DNA from: a virus
Length of the DNA: 64,000 nucleotides
Direction: 5' to 3' (one strand)
Virus record (IMG/VR): IMGVR_UViG_3300010883_028422
Location: 1-64,000 of that record
The first letter of the stretch is position 1. Every line of letters begins with the position of its first letter. Under the pieces are notes generated by a model. The model did no database searches and was not told where the DNA came from. It saw nothing but the letters and a program-made list of their open reading frames with translations. Positions 19,144-28,400 of this stretch are shown here, piece after piece. The position numbers were made by a program, and so were the translations under genes.

Positions 19144-19608
19144 ATGGGAACCACAAGCTATACACCACCAGGAATAACAATTGTAGGATCAACTGGAGAG
19201 CTTCAGGTTACGCGGTCTTATATTAGAAAAAATACAGACGGATCTTTTACAAAGGCTCTAGAGCTTATAGAAGATGTAACGCCTGATTCGTCAATTTCTT
19301 CTATTATAAATAAGGTTAATGAAGACATTGCAAACGGACATATAGACATACCGTCAAGCTCGGTTAAATTCCAGTGGGTTAATTTATCACACCTGTTAGA
19401 AAATGGAAAATACATATATGAAATAGGTGCTGATTTGAATGTAGATATTGATACAATTAATTTATATTTCAACGGACTTCTTATAAATCCAGATATAACA
19501 AAAACGGCTGATGCTGAAACGGGCGTTATATCTCTTGAGTTTGCTCCAGAGTATCCAGAGGCAGGTTTTCATGGCAGCGAATTTTCTATATTTTTTATTG
19601 AGGAATAG
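19144..19608 (+). CDS. Hypothetical virion protein
   Basis: 154 aa with an RBS (AGGAAG). C-terminal INLYFNGLLI resembles the fibre's LFLNGIL module. Confidence 0.7.
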   Translation: MGTTSYTPPGITIVGSTGELQVTRSYIRKNTDGSFTKALELIEDVTPDSSISSIINKVNEDIANGHIDIPSSSVKFQWVNLSHLLENGKYIYEIGADLNVDIDTINLYFNGLLINPDITKTADAETGVISLEFAPEYPEAGFHGSEFSIFFIEE

Positions 19609-19617
19609 GATAATATT

Positions 19618-19941
19618 ATGGCAATGGGAAGTTATACATTAGGAACATCGGTTAGGATTCCGCTTCAGGTGACGGCTGGAGGAATAGCGGAAACAAGCGA
19701 TATTTCTCCTACAATAACCTCAATAATTAAGCCAGATGGAACATCTGAATCTGGGTTTCCTGATTCAATGAGTGAGATTGATCATCATTATGGAACATAC
19801 TATTACGATTATTCGCCCGAATCTGAGGGCGATTATGTAGTAATCATTTCATATACAGTAGGGGCGCAAGAGTATGCTACTCTTGAAAACTTTACAGTTA
19901 AATCTGCATCGAGAGCGGCACCAAGAGCAGAGGCAAGATAA
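19618..19941 (+). CDS. Small Ig-like beta-sandwich virion protein
   Basis: Alternating beta-strand pattern (GTYYYDYSPESEGDYVVIISYTVG), similar to the N-terminal part of the next gene (GLYTYTYDIGSGVDKGLWTDLW). Confidence 0.55.
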   Translation: MAMGSYTLGTSVRIPLQVTAGGIAETSDISPTITSIIKPDGTSESGFPDSMSEIDHHYGTYYYDYSPESEGDYVVIISYTVGAQEYATLENFTVKSASRAAPRAEAR

Positions 19942-20849
19942 TGGCTAATAATAGAAATAAAGCAATTCGCGGAGAAGAACTAGAGCTGAGCATTCAGTTC
20001 TTTGGCCCAGATGGGCTTCCGATGGATGCAGACTCTACCCCCCAGATACGAATAACAGATATAGATGGAAACATTGTTGTTGCATCTACATCTGATGATG
20101 TTGAAAGGGCAGGGCTCGGCCTCTACACCTACACGTATGATATTGGCAGTGGTGTTGATAAGGGCTTGTGGACAGATCTATGGTCTGCATCAGTTGATGG
20201 TGTACAGCTTATAAATGAGTTTAAATTCCTAGTCGTAGATGAGGCGTCGGCTACAGCCGGAACTGTAACGCTTGGTGATGAAGTTAATTTTGACTTTTCT
20301 GATGAAGAATTAGAGGGTCTGAATGTTTTGTTAAAATTTTTAAAGTGCAGGTTAAGATCTGAAGGTCAGAAGCCCGTAAGAGATGAATTTGGAGCGTTTG
20401 TTACAGATGGATATGGCGAGTTGGAAATGGAAGATTGCCCAGTTTTTACAGATGAAATACTTGCTTGCTTTTTGTGCCAAGCCCTTTCTGAGTTTAATAT
20501 GGTGCCGTTTTTCACGTCTTATTTGTTTTCAGACTCCATCATCAGAACTCTGTTTTCTTCTGCGATAGTAGAGGGCGCGTATGTTATTGGATTGGCGTCA
20601 CAATCGTTGATAGAGAAGGGCAGAGACTTCACTATATCTGACGGCGGAATATCATATCAGCCGCCACAGCTTGGTGACTTTTTATCGACACACTATAGTC
20701 AGTGGCTAACTGCGTATAGGGAACGGTTAAAATTTATTAAAAATAGCATCAGACCCGGACCTCGTGGCTTCGGCACATATACGAATGTGGCGAGCGGGGC
20801 CCCGGCCTTCATACGATTACGCCACCTGCGCCAGCGTAGGATAGTCTAG
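19941..20849 (+). CDS. Probable head-tail adaptor (neck) protein with N-terminal Ig-like domain
   Basis: Helical C-half (ILACFLCQALSEFN...) plus a beta hairpin (DFTISDGGISYQ) as in adaptor proteins. Position lies between head and tail genes. Confidence 0.55.
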   Translation: MANNRNKAIRGEELELSIQFFGPDGLPMDADSTPQIRITDIDGNIVVASTSDDVERAGLGLYTYTYDIGSGVDKGLWTDLWSASVDGVQLINEFKFLVVDEASATAGTVTLGDEVNFDFSDEELEGLNVLLKFLKCRLRSEGQKPVRDEFGAFVTDGYGELEMEDCPVFTDEILACFLCQALSEFNMVPFFTSYLFSDSIIRTLFSSAIVEGAYVIGLASQSLIEKGRDFTISDGGISYQPPQLGDFLSTHYSQWLTAYRERLKFIKNSIRPGPRGFGTYTNVASGAPAFIRLRHLRQRRIV

Positions 20850-20865
20850 TTTTAGGGAGTAATAA

Positions 20866-21189
20866 GTGGAGAGTTTTTTATTTAAAGCGTTGATTGAGGA
20901 CGGCGGGGTGTGGGGCCTTATGGCCGCAATGTCATTCTTTTGGGCACTATATGTCGGAAAAAATTCAAGGCAGAAGCAGGAAGATGTTATCACACAAATA
21001 CAAGAGCAATCTAAAAAAATTAGAGAGCTTGAGATTATAAACACACGGAGACTTGAGGAGCTAAATGAGTGTGCAGACGAGAGGGTGTCGGATCTGAAGG
21101 TTATGCTCGAAGATTATCACAAAACAATGAGTGACATCAATCTTGTGCTGGATCATATAAAGTTTATTATGGATAATAAGTTACAATAA
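20866..21189 (+). CDS. Single-TM coiled-coil protein, holin-like
   Basis: N-terminal hydrophobic helix GGVWGLMAAMSFFWALYVG followed by a charged heptad region. GTG start with GGAG RBS. Confidence 0.5.
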   Translation: MESFLFKALIEDGGVWGLMAAMSFFWALYVGKNSRQKQEDVITQIQEQSKKIRELEIINTRRLEELNECADERVSDLKVMLEDYHKTMSDINLVLDHIKFIMDNKLQ

Positions 21190-21211
21190 AGTTATATTTG
21201 GAGACTTTAGC

Positions 21212-21412
21212 ATGGGTTATGAGATTAAAGAGATAGATGAGTTAAAGAAAAAATGTATATTATTGCGTAAAAAGATTAAGGAATCTGTGTTGAGCTTGTC
21301 AGAATATGCATGCTTATGCGTGGATTTAGACGAAGCTGATGAGGATGCTTCTGATGCTAATAATTTAGATAATAAAGAGGAAGGTGATGATGAGAGAGCC
21401 AGAGAGTTGTAA
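21212..21412 (+). CDS. Small acidic hypothetical protein
   Basis: 66 aa with GGAG upstream, in the packed gene run. Confidence 0.6.
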   Translation: MGYEIKEIDELKKKCILLRKKIKESVLSLSEYACLCVDLDEADEDASDANNLDNKEEGDDERAREL

Positions 21413-21602
21413 GGTTGATTATTGTGGGTATTTAAACCCAAGAACTCCAGATGAGGTTTCTTTTGAAATACTTGGTCTTAAAAGTTTAATAAAAACCGCA
21501 GAGCAGAGAATTTCTGTTTTGGAGCAAAGTCGATATTTGGCTGAAGCAATGGTGCTAAGTGAGTCTGAAGAAGAGGTTAAAGAGTTAGATGGAGATATTT
21601 AA
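21384..21602 (+). CDS. Small hypothetical protein
   Basis: About 70 aa, overlapping both neighbours. The start may be ATG 21387 or 21390. Confidence 0.6.
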   Translation: MMMREPESCKVDYCGYLNPRTPDEVSFEILGLKSLIKTAEQRISVLEQSRYLAEAMVLSESEEEVKELDGDI

Positions 21603-22098
21603 ATTAGCAAAGAAAAACAATAAATATAGCATAGAAGACCGCTTATTTCATTTGTCAAATATTAGAAAATTTTTGCTTACTAACAAGGTGGCCCTTGAGG
21701 TATGCGCTGAGTTTGGATTTGAAAAAGATATTCTTCTTGGCATACCAATATCTTTTTCAGATGAATTGGATGTTTCTGCAAAAACAATAGATGGCGAAAT
21801 GTCTGTTAGTACAGAGTTGATATCAGAAGGATATGATATTATGCTTAGGTATATAATTCATGAGCTAGTTCATGTATTTCAGCATATGGATAATAAGTCA
21901 AAAAAAGACTTGTATCCAGAGCATGAATACTTGGATCGTCCAGATGAAATGCAGGCGTTTCAGTATCAAATAGAGTTTGATGAGAGTGCGCGTGGTGAAA
22001 AAAATGTTGTAGAGTATATTGAAGAACTTCTTGATTATCATGAAATTCCCAGGGGTGAAAAGAAAGAAAAGGCTGTAGAGCTTATGGAAAACATATAG
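21589..22098 (+). CDS. Zincin-type metallopeptidase-like protein
   Basis: HELVH (HExxH) at 21859-21873 with a downstream DEMQA Glu as candidate third ligand. Confidence 0.7.
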   Translation: MEIFKLAKKNNKYSIEDRLFHLSNIRKFLLTNKVALEVCAEFGFEKDILLGIPISFSDELDVSAKTIDGEMSVSTELISEGYDIMLRYIIHELVHVFQHMDNKSKKDLYPEHEYLDRPDEMQAFQYQIEFDESARGEKNVVEYIEELLDYHEIPRGEKKEKAVELMENI

Positions 22099-22107
22099 TT
22101 CTAAGCT

Positions 22108-22119
22108 CTATTAATAAGT
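22108..22119 (+). promoter_or_regulatory. Candidate late-promoter element CTATTAATAAGT
   Basis: Intergenic, 36 nt upstream of ATG 22144. Shares CTATTAAT with 13048. Confidence 0.4.
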
Positions 22120-22143
22120 GGTTGTCTTATTGGAGGAACGCCA

Positions 22144-24129
22144 ATGCTTTCTTTATTAGGAAGATCTCCGTCAGAAGGGGAAAAAAATGTAGATTTAGAT
22201 TCAATTATTGAGTTTTTCATAATTGATGATGGGTCTGGCACAGATATTTCTAGTTTAATTGTATATATCGGCGGCCAGCTAGCAATAAAATCTTCGGGGT
22301 TTGAGGATGATTTCGACGGAGAGTTCTCAGAGATAGTTCCGGATGGAGATAATTACCTTATATCTATAGACCCGAATTCTGACTTTGGGCAAGGAGAGGT
22401 GGTCCTGGTAAAAATCCAGGTTAAAAATTTAGACGGAGGTTACTTTAATACATCATATGTATTCAAGACAATTCCTGCGAAGCCCATCTTGGATCTCTCC
22501 TCACCTTCAGATGGCGGTATAGTTAGATATCATCAAGTTTTATATATGGAGTTTATAGACACGCTAGATGGCATTGATAGCGATCACATCAATATAAAAA
22601 TAAATAATTTAGATGTGATAATAAATAGTGTATTTCAAAATGGATTTAACGGAACACTCTCCGATATAGATGAGATTTTAGATGGAATTTTCATAAAGAT
22701 TGACAAAGAAGAGCCGTTTAGAAATGATAATTACAAGCTTGATTATGATGTGCCAGATAATAGCGGAAATGTTTTATCTGGAAGCATAAAGTTTGAAGTA
22801 AATGTTGCTGCGGCAGTATTGCCTGCAGCATTTCCTCAGACAGGGTTTGTTGGGCCGCAAGGTGTAGTCAGGGCAACTGATATTGGAATTGGAGATTCGA
22901 TAACTTTGGAGTGGTCGCAGCCAACTAGAAGATATTACGGCAGTGATGTTTATGTGTTAATATACAAAAGCACGGATAGACTGACATTGTTTGAAGATGA
23001 ACCGTCATATTTTGTTGAAGAAAGTGTCCTTGAGGCAACTATAGATGGGCTGACGACTGGAGATATGGTTTATTTTGGGGCAAGAGCTCTCGAGACCTAT
23101 AAAAACACAATAGACGTAGATGGTATGGTGGAGATCGAAGACCATGTTTTTGAGTTTCCAGCGGAAACCACTCTGTCCCAGACAATTTTAGACTCAGACT
23201 TTCTCATTCCGGTTGAGTCTACGGACGGATACCCCGATAGCGGATTACTACTTGTGGGGGGGGAGGTTATTAGGTATTCTGATATATCAGAAACACAGGT
23301 TGCGTTTTTAGTTGATGATAACGGAAGAGGGCTGAATAATACATCTAGGTCTGCGCATGTTTCTGGAGAAGAGATCTCCTTGTTTGTTGCGTGTCAAGAT
23401 TCAAATCAAATAATAATTGGCGCAGTTCCAACCTACCATGGCGATGTTGATAGTGATAGAGAGGTTGATAATATCGGTGTTGTTGTTAATGATTACTCTG
23501 ATAATGATCGAAAGTTTTTTCAAGGCTTTGATTTTTGCGGATATCATACGCCATTGCCTCAGCAAATTTTTCAAAGTAAAAATGACTGCGGAAGTTATCT
23601 TGGTGGTGAATTTAATGGCTTTAGGGGCATGAATCTTTTTGATAGAATGTTAAATAGAGAGGAGGTCCTTTTGGACCAAGTTGGCGAACCTGTTATATTG
23701 TTAAAAAGAATATGGGACGGCCAAACATGTAGCTGCTCCACGTTAAGAAGGGAACACCCATCTGTTAAAAAATGCAAAGAGTGTTTTGGAACGGGGTATG
23801 AGAACGGGTTTGATAGGTATGTAAATCTAAGAAGAGAGGACGAGCGAGTTATGCTTAGCTTTGCAGATACGCTTGAAGACCTCGCCCTGCAGGCTCATAA
23901 AAGCCTTGAGGTTATTTATGAGCCAAGCTGCTGGACTCTGCCTATTCCGGCGATAAAGGATAGGGACCTCGTTGTTAGGTTTGATTTTACAAGTGATACA
24001 GAATATATATATGAAGTTTTAACTGTTACAAAGGAAAAGTTAATGTATAAGCATTATACAAGACAACGTCTTCAGCTCAAAAGGCTTGATAAGACCGATA
24101 TAGTTTATACTTTTCCATTTTTAGATTAG
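22144..24129 (+). CDS. Probable head closure (neck) protein with N-terminal Ig/FN3-like domains
   Basis: C-terminal LLDQVGEPVILLKR...CSC...CKECFGTG (23728-23784), then IKDRDLVVRFD and YEVLTVT, a head-completion-like beta barrel with a Cys cluster. The N-terminal ~400 aa are beta-sandwich-like. Confidence 0.55.
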   Translation: MLSLLGRSPSEGEKNVDLDSIIEFFIIDDGSGTDISSLIVYIGGQLAIKSSGFEDDFDGEFSEIVPDGDNYLISIDPNSDFGQGEVVLVKIQVKNLDGGYFNTSYVFKTIPAKPILDLSSPSDGGIVRYHQVLYMEFIDTLDGIDSDHINIKINNLDVIINSVFQNGFNGTLSDIDEILDGIFIKIDKEEPFRNDNYKLDYDVPDNSGNVLSGSIKFEVNVAAAVLPAAFPQTGFVGPQGVVRATDIGIGDSITLEWSQPTRRYYGSDVYVLIYKSTDRLTLFEDEPSYFVEESVLEATIDGLTTGDMVYFGARALETYKNTIDVDGMVEIEDHVFEFPAETTLSQTILDSDFLIPVESTDGYPDSGLLLVGGEVIRYSDISETQVAFLVDDNGRGLNNTSRSAHVSGEEISLFVACQDSNQIIIGAVPTYHGDVDSDREVDNIGVVVNDYSDNDRKFFQGFDFCGYHTPLPQQIFQSKNDCGSYLGGEFNGFRGMNLFDRMLNREEVLLDQVGEPVILLKRIWDGQTCSCSTLRREHPSVKKCKECFGTGYENGFDRYVNLRREDERVMLSFADTLEDLALQAHKSLEVIYEPSCWTLPIPAIKDRDLVVRFDFTSDTEYIYEVLTVTKEKLMYKHYTRQRLQLKRLDKTDIVYTFPFLD

Positions 24130-24139
24130 GGGGTGCGAA

Positions 24140-24403
24140 GTGTGGATTAAAAATACATCAGGAAAACCAGACGCTATGCTTACTTTTGCAAGCATAGCTT
24201 TCGCTGTGGTTACATTTAATGTTTTATTGGCAACAATTAATGCATTATCATTTAATGAGTGGAACATATCGTTTTCTCCAATGGAGGCCAGCACTCTTAC
24301 GGCATATCTTGGAGCAACATTTGGAGCATACGTGTCCAGAAGATGGACTTCTGCTAAATATTATAGTGAAGAAGAAGATGATGGAGAAGATAGTGATGAG
24401 TGA
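24140..24403 (+). CDS. Small two-TM membrane protein, holin-like
   Basis: Hydrophobic helices AMLTFASIAFAVVTFNVLLATI and LTAYLGATFGAYV. Acidic tail. GTG start after AGGGGG. Confidence 0.55.
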   Translation: MWIKNTSGKPDAMLTFASIAFAVVTFNVLLATINALSFNEWNISFSPMEASTLTAYLGATFGAYVSRRWTSAKYYSEEEDDGEDSDE

Positions 24404-24743
24404 TGAACCGAAAGAAGAAGCCTCCTTTTTTTCAAAAATAGGGACAAAGATAAAGCTTATCGTGGCTGGAATAGCGGCGGCTATTGGTTTTGTTTTTATA
24501 GTTATTTTTAATAGAAGGACTAGTCGGCTAAAGATGCTTGAGCATGAGCTAAAGACAGTTCGTAGTGAGATTGAAATTGAAAAAGCATCGGAAGATATTG
24601 AAGAGAACAATAGCAGAATTCGTGAGCTGGAAGAGAAAGAGGGGGCTATTAAGAAGAAGATATGGGGGCTTGATAATAAAGCTATTTCTGATGATGTGAC
24701 GAACGAAGAACTTGATAAATTTTTTGATGAACGTGGGTTTTGA
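24396..24743 (+). CDS. Single-TM coiled-coil protein, inner-spanin-like topology
   Basis: TM LIVAGIAAAIGFVFIVIF followed by heptads. The real start is more likely ATG 24396 (GGAGA RBS, overlapping the upstream stop) than the track's 24219. Confidence 0.55.
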   Translation: MSDEPKEEASFFSKIGTKIKLIVAGIAAAIGFVFIVIFNRRTSRLKMLEHELKTVRSEIEIEKASEDIEENNSRIRELEEKEGAIKKKIWGLDNKAISDDVTNEELDKFFDERGF

Positions 24744-24746
24744 TGT

Positions 24747-24974
24747 ATGAAGGATAATTATAAAGAAAAGATCCTAGATATTTATAAATATGCAAAAAGT
24801 ATAGACTCCAACTTGTCTGACAAGGTTTTGGAGATAGATAAAAGTATCATAGATGATGATGCTCTTGGTGGGAAAGAGCATATTACCTTGGACCTTATAG
24901 AGCTTATGGGCCTGGTTGACCCCGATTATGTTCAATCAGACCTTAAGGTAGATTCGGTTTTTATGGAGGATTAG
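24747..24974 (+). CDS. Small acidic hypothetical protein
   Basis: 75 aa packed between its neighbours. Confidence 0.65.
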   Translation: MKDNYKEKILDIYKYAKSIDSNLSDKVLEIDKSIIDDDALGGKEHITLDLIELMGLVDPDYVQSDLKVDSVFMED

Positions 24975-25415
24975 ATGGGTTTTATATATAAAGTTTTTTG
25001 CTTATGTTTTGTTACAATATTTATCAGTAGCGTTAGTTATGCTGGCGATATAATGCCAGCAGGTACTGTTCTTGGGGAGGAGTCGTATGTCTTTACTGTA
25101 GATGAGGCGAAAGACCTTCTGAAGAGGATAGAGGAGCTTGAGATAAAAGAAGAAAAGTTAAATTATTATCTTGAGCTTGAGCCTATAAAAGAAGAAAAGT
25201 TCAGGTTAAATAATGCGAACATAGATCTTTATAAGTTTCAAATAACAGAGTATGACAGAATGGTTCATATGAATAGAATAGAGATTGACAGGCTTCAAAA
25301 AAGAGAGAAGTGGAGGTGGCTTGAAAATTACGGGATGCTCTTCTTAGGAGTGGCATTAACAACTGGTGGTTTTTTGGCCGCTGATGCTATAACAGATCAC
25401 ATGGAATCCAATTAA
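24975..25415 (+). CDS. Secreted or membrane coiled-coil protein, possibly spanin-like
   Basis: Signal-peptide-like N-terminus ending SVSYA, a central coiled coil and a C-terminal hydrophobic helix YGMLFLGVALTTGGFLAA. No clear lipobox. Confidence 0.5.
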   Translation: MGFIYKVFCLCFVTIFISSVSYAGDIMPAGTVLGEESYVFTVDEAKDLLKRIEELEIKEEKLNYYLELEPIKEEKFRLNNANIDLYKFQITEYDRMVHMNRIEIDRLQKREKWRWLENYGMLFLGVALTTGGFLAADAITDHMESN

Positions 25416-25477
25416 TATTTATATTATTATTTATGGTCAGGTATATAAAGTAATTAGATTAATATGGGTGGAGAATC

Positions 25478-28400
25478 ATGCCTAAATCCAAGTATCCAAC
25501 TCAACTCGATACATCTATAGAGATACCGGTTGTTCGGGATAATATTTTAGAAATCGGCTCTGATGCTTTGAATAGCATTCGCTCTGCTATATTTCAAATA
25601 GAAAGAACTCTCGGTATAAACCCGCAGGGTGCAGTCGGAAACACTGTTGCTGACAGGCTTAATAAGGTTGTTGACGGCAATGGAAATATACTAAAAGAGG
25701 CGCTAAGCAGGGCCAATATAGTATCTGGGCCGATATCAGATTCTGATATTTCAAAGACAGCAGCTATAAGCGAGGCGAAATTAAATTTAAATTTTCCAAC
25801 TCAACTATTGCAAGATGAAATATCATATATTAATTCGCAAATAGATAAAGTAATAGCGCTTGTTGATGAGATAAATATAACGCTATCTGCGCATATAAAT
25901 CCGTTTGCCATAAATAGGCACCCCGCAACCGCAATATCTGTAGAGGGTGTTGGTGTAATTCCAAGTGACGAGGGAACAAGGCTACTTGTTGATGGGTCCG
26001 TACAGTCTATATTTGAGTTGCTTTATAATGCGCATATAAATTACACAGGCAGCACGATATCTGATGAGAACAATTCTCATCTTGCAAATCAAATATTTTT
26101 TGATACCAGCGGTTCTATATCCTCAATGACGGATGCAGGTGATGTGCAAGAGGTGATTGAAGATTTAGCCGCCTCAATGCTTAATTTTGAAATAAATCAT
26201 CAAGACTTATTTCATTCGAATGGGATATTAAGATTTGGAAGATCTGAGGATCCGGCGTTTAGTGGCGATGGAGTTGAGGTCTACTCTGAAATTTATGCAG
26301 GCTATATAAAGACTACTCTTGATGGACATAAGATATCAAAAATTACAATGTTTGATACGGTGGATTCTGTTGACTTTAATCCTGAGAGATCAGATGTCAT
26401 TAGCGTATCTGATGGAGATTTAGAGAAAGAGATGCAGATAGAGTCTATTGCTCTTTCTTTGGATGGCTCAGAGATTGACTCTATAAATGTTTTTGGTGAG
26501 TTCATTGACGATTCAACTGATGCTGCTGTAATTAGCGTAGTTAGAAATATAAATCAAAAAGTAAAGGATTCGGGGCTCTTGTGTACTGCGGGAGAGGTTG
26601 CTAATGATACATCTTCGTATGTCATACGTGTTGCGAATCCAAATTCGGTTTCAATAATATCATCTGGATTAAATCCTGAGGCATTTACATCTTCAGTTAG
26701 ATATATTTCATTATCAATAGATAACGGCGTTAATATATCAGTAGACTTATATGAAGCTAGTGAGGCAAGGCAGACTATAGACACTGTCGTTGCAAGAATA
26801 AACGAACAGGCCGTAGAGGAACACTGGGATATATTGGCGTACAGAGTTGATATAGAAAATGTAACTTCTGAAATTGCAATAGTTCATAACCTTCCGGATA
26901 CCGATACCTTTAGTCACACGCTAAAGGTAAAGAGATCTCCGCTTGATAATGCCATAGACAGTGCTGGTTTTGTATATATAGAAGATAAAGAGATTGTTGC
27001 AGAATTTGGAACAGACTATTATATACAAGGAAGATCTTATAATGGTCTTAGAGAAAAGGTTCTTACTTTTGATATAAGCTTTACTACTGGCGAAAGAATT
27101 ATTTATGCCGGAAGCTCTGCGGTCAACTTTGAAGAGTCCGGATTGTCTGCTGGTGATACAGTAACTATAAGCGGATCTTCTGATGATGATGGCTCGTACA
27201 TGGTGACCGGTGTGCGTGAAAACCAGATTGAGCTAGATATTGGACAGCTGCCTAGCGGCTTTACATCGCCAAGCTCTCTTGGAGAGACTTATTTATTTTG
27301 CTATGATAATAACTTATCTTTAGTTAATTTTAATTTTGATGCAATATCTACAACATTTGGCGCAATGCTTTTTGATGTTTTTATGAACATAGACCAGCAC
27401 ATTTTTGCCGCAAAAAGGCTAGAATACAGTGTTGTTAATTTTTCATCTCAATCCTTGATTGAAATAGTTGATTTTGATGGTGAGCTTAGAAATGATGACT
27501 CTATGAGCCTAAGTGTTTATAGCGACCCGATTGATGGAGAGTTATACGCAAGTCTTGATGGTGGTGATTCAATTAGAATAACTGGTATGAATAGCGATGT
27601 TTATTTATTATCAGGAGCAAGAAACATTAAATTAAAGATTTTATTTAAAGATGAAGACTTAATTAATGCATATATAGCTGCAAATGGCGACATATCTACA
27701 GATATTTTTTGTTATTCCCCAATAAATATTGACTACAATCTTCTTTTGTCCAGAGTTGCATTTGGTAACTTCAAAGGAAGGGTCATCGGTGGGCATGGTG
27801 CAAATTCAACACGGTCTATATCAAAATTAGAACGCGGAACAGTCGGCGTTAAAGATATTGGCACATCTGTAAAACACAAGCTGCTGGAGCAGCCAATATA
27901 TGATATAAGGTCCAATGGCGTTATACATGGCCTTGGGGTTAGCAACATACAAAAAACAACCGCTGATGGCTTTCACTTTTATACATTTGACCTCGAAAGA
28001 GGGGTGGCATATGTTATGGGTGAAAGGTTTGAGTTGGAATCTGCAACAATTATAACAGACATACCGTCTGATGGCTCGGTTGATAAATTTTTTATATTTA
28101 TAGATGAGTATGGAAATGTAAGGTTTGAAAAGGCAGATCCCGCGTGTAGTTCGCCAACAGGTGATTCTGAAGTTTGCATACTTGCGGTAATGGAAGATGA
28201 CGGAGTAACTGCAACCGCAATAGACTTGAGATTATTTATTAATGACTTAGACTTAAAAGTTCTTAACTCAATCACCGTAAGTCCGCAGCCAGGCATGGGG
28301 CACTTTAGCGAAATTGGTCCTGCTATAAAATATGCAAAGAGATTCTCTGAGATATTTCCAAATGCCGGTGTTCCAACGGTTCATTTAAAATCTGGAGTTC

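Noticed and set aside
24219-24395. N-terminal extension of ORF 24219-24743 as called by the track
   Set aside because: It overlaps the 24140 gene almost entirely. ATG 24396 has an RBS and a typical stop/start overlap.
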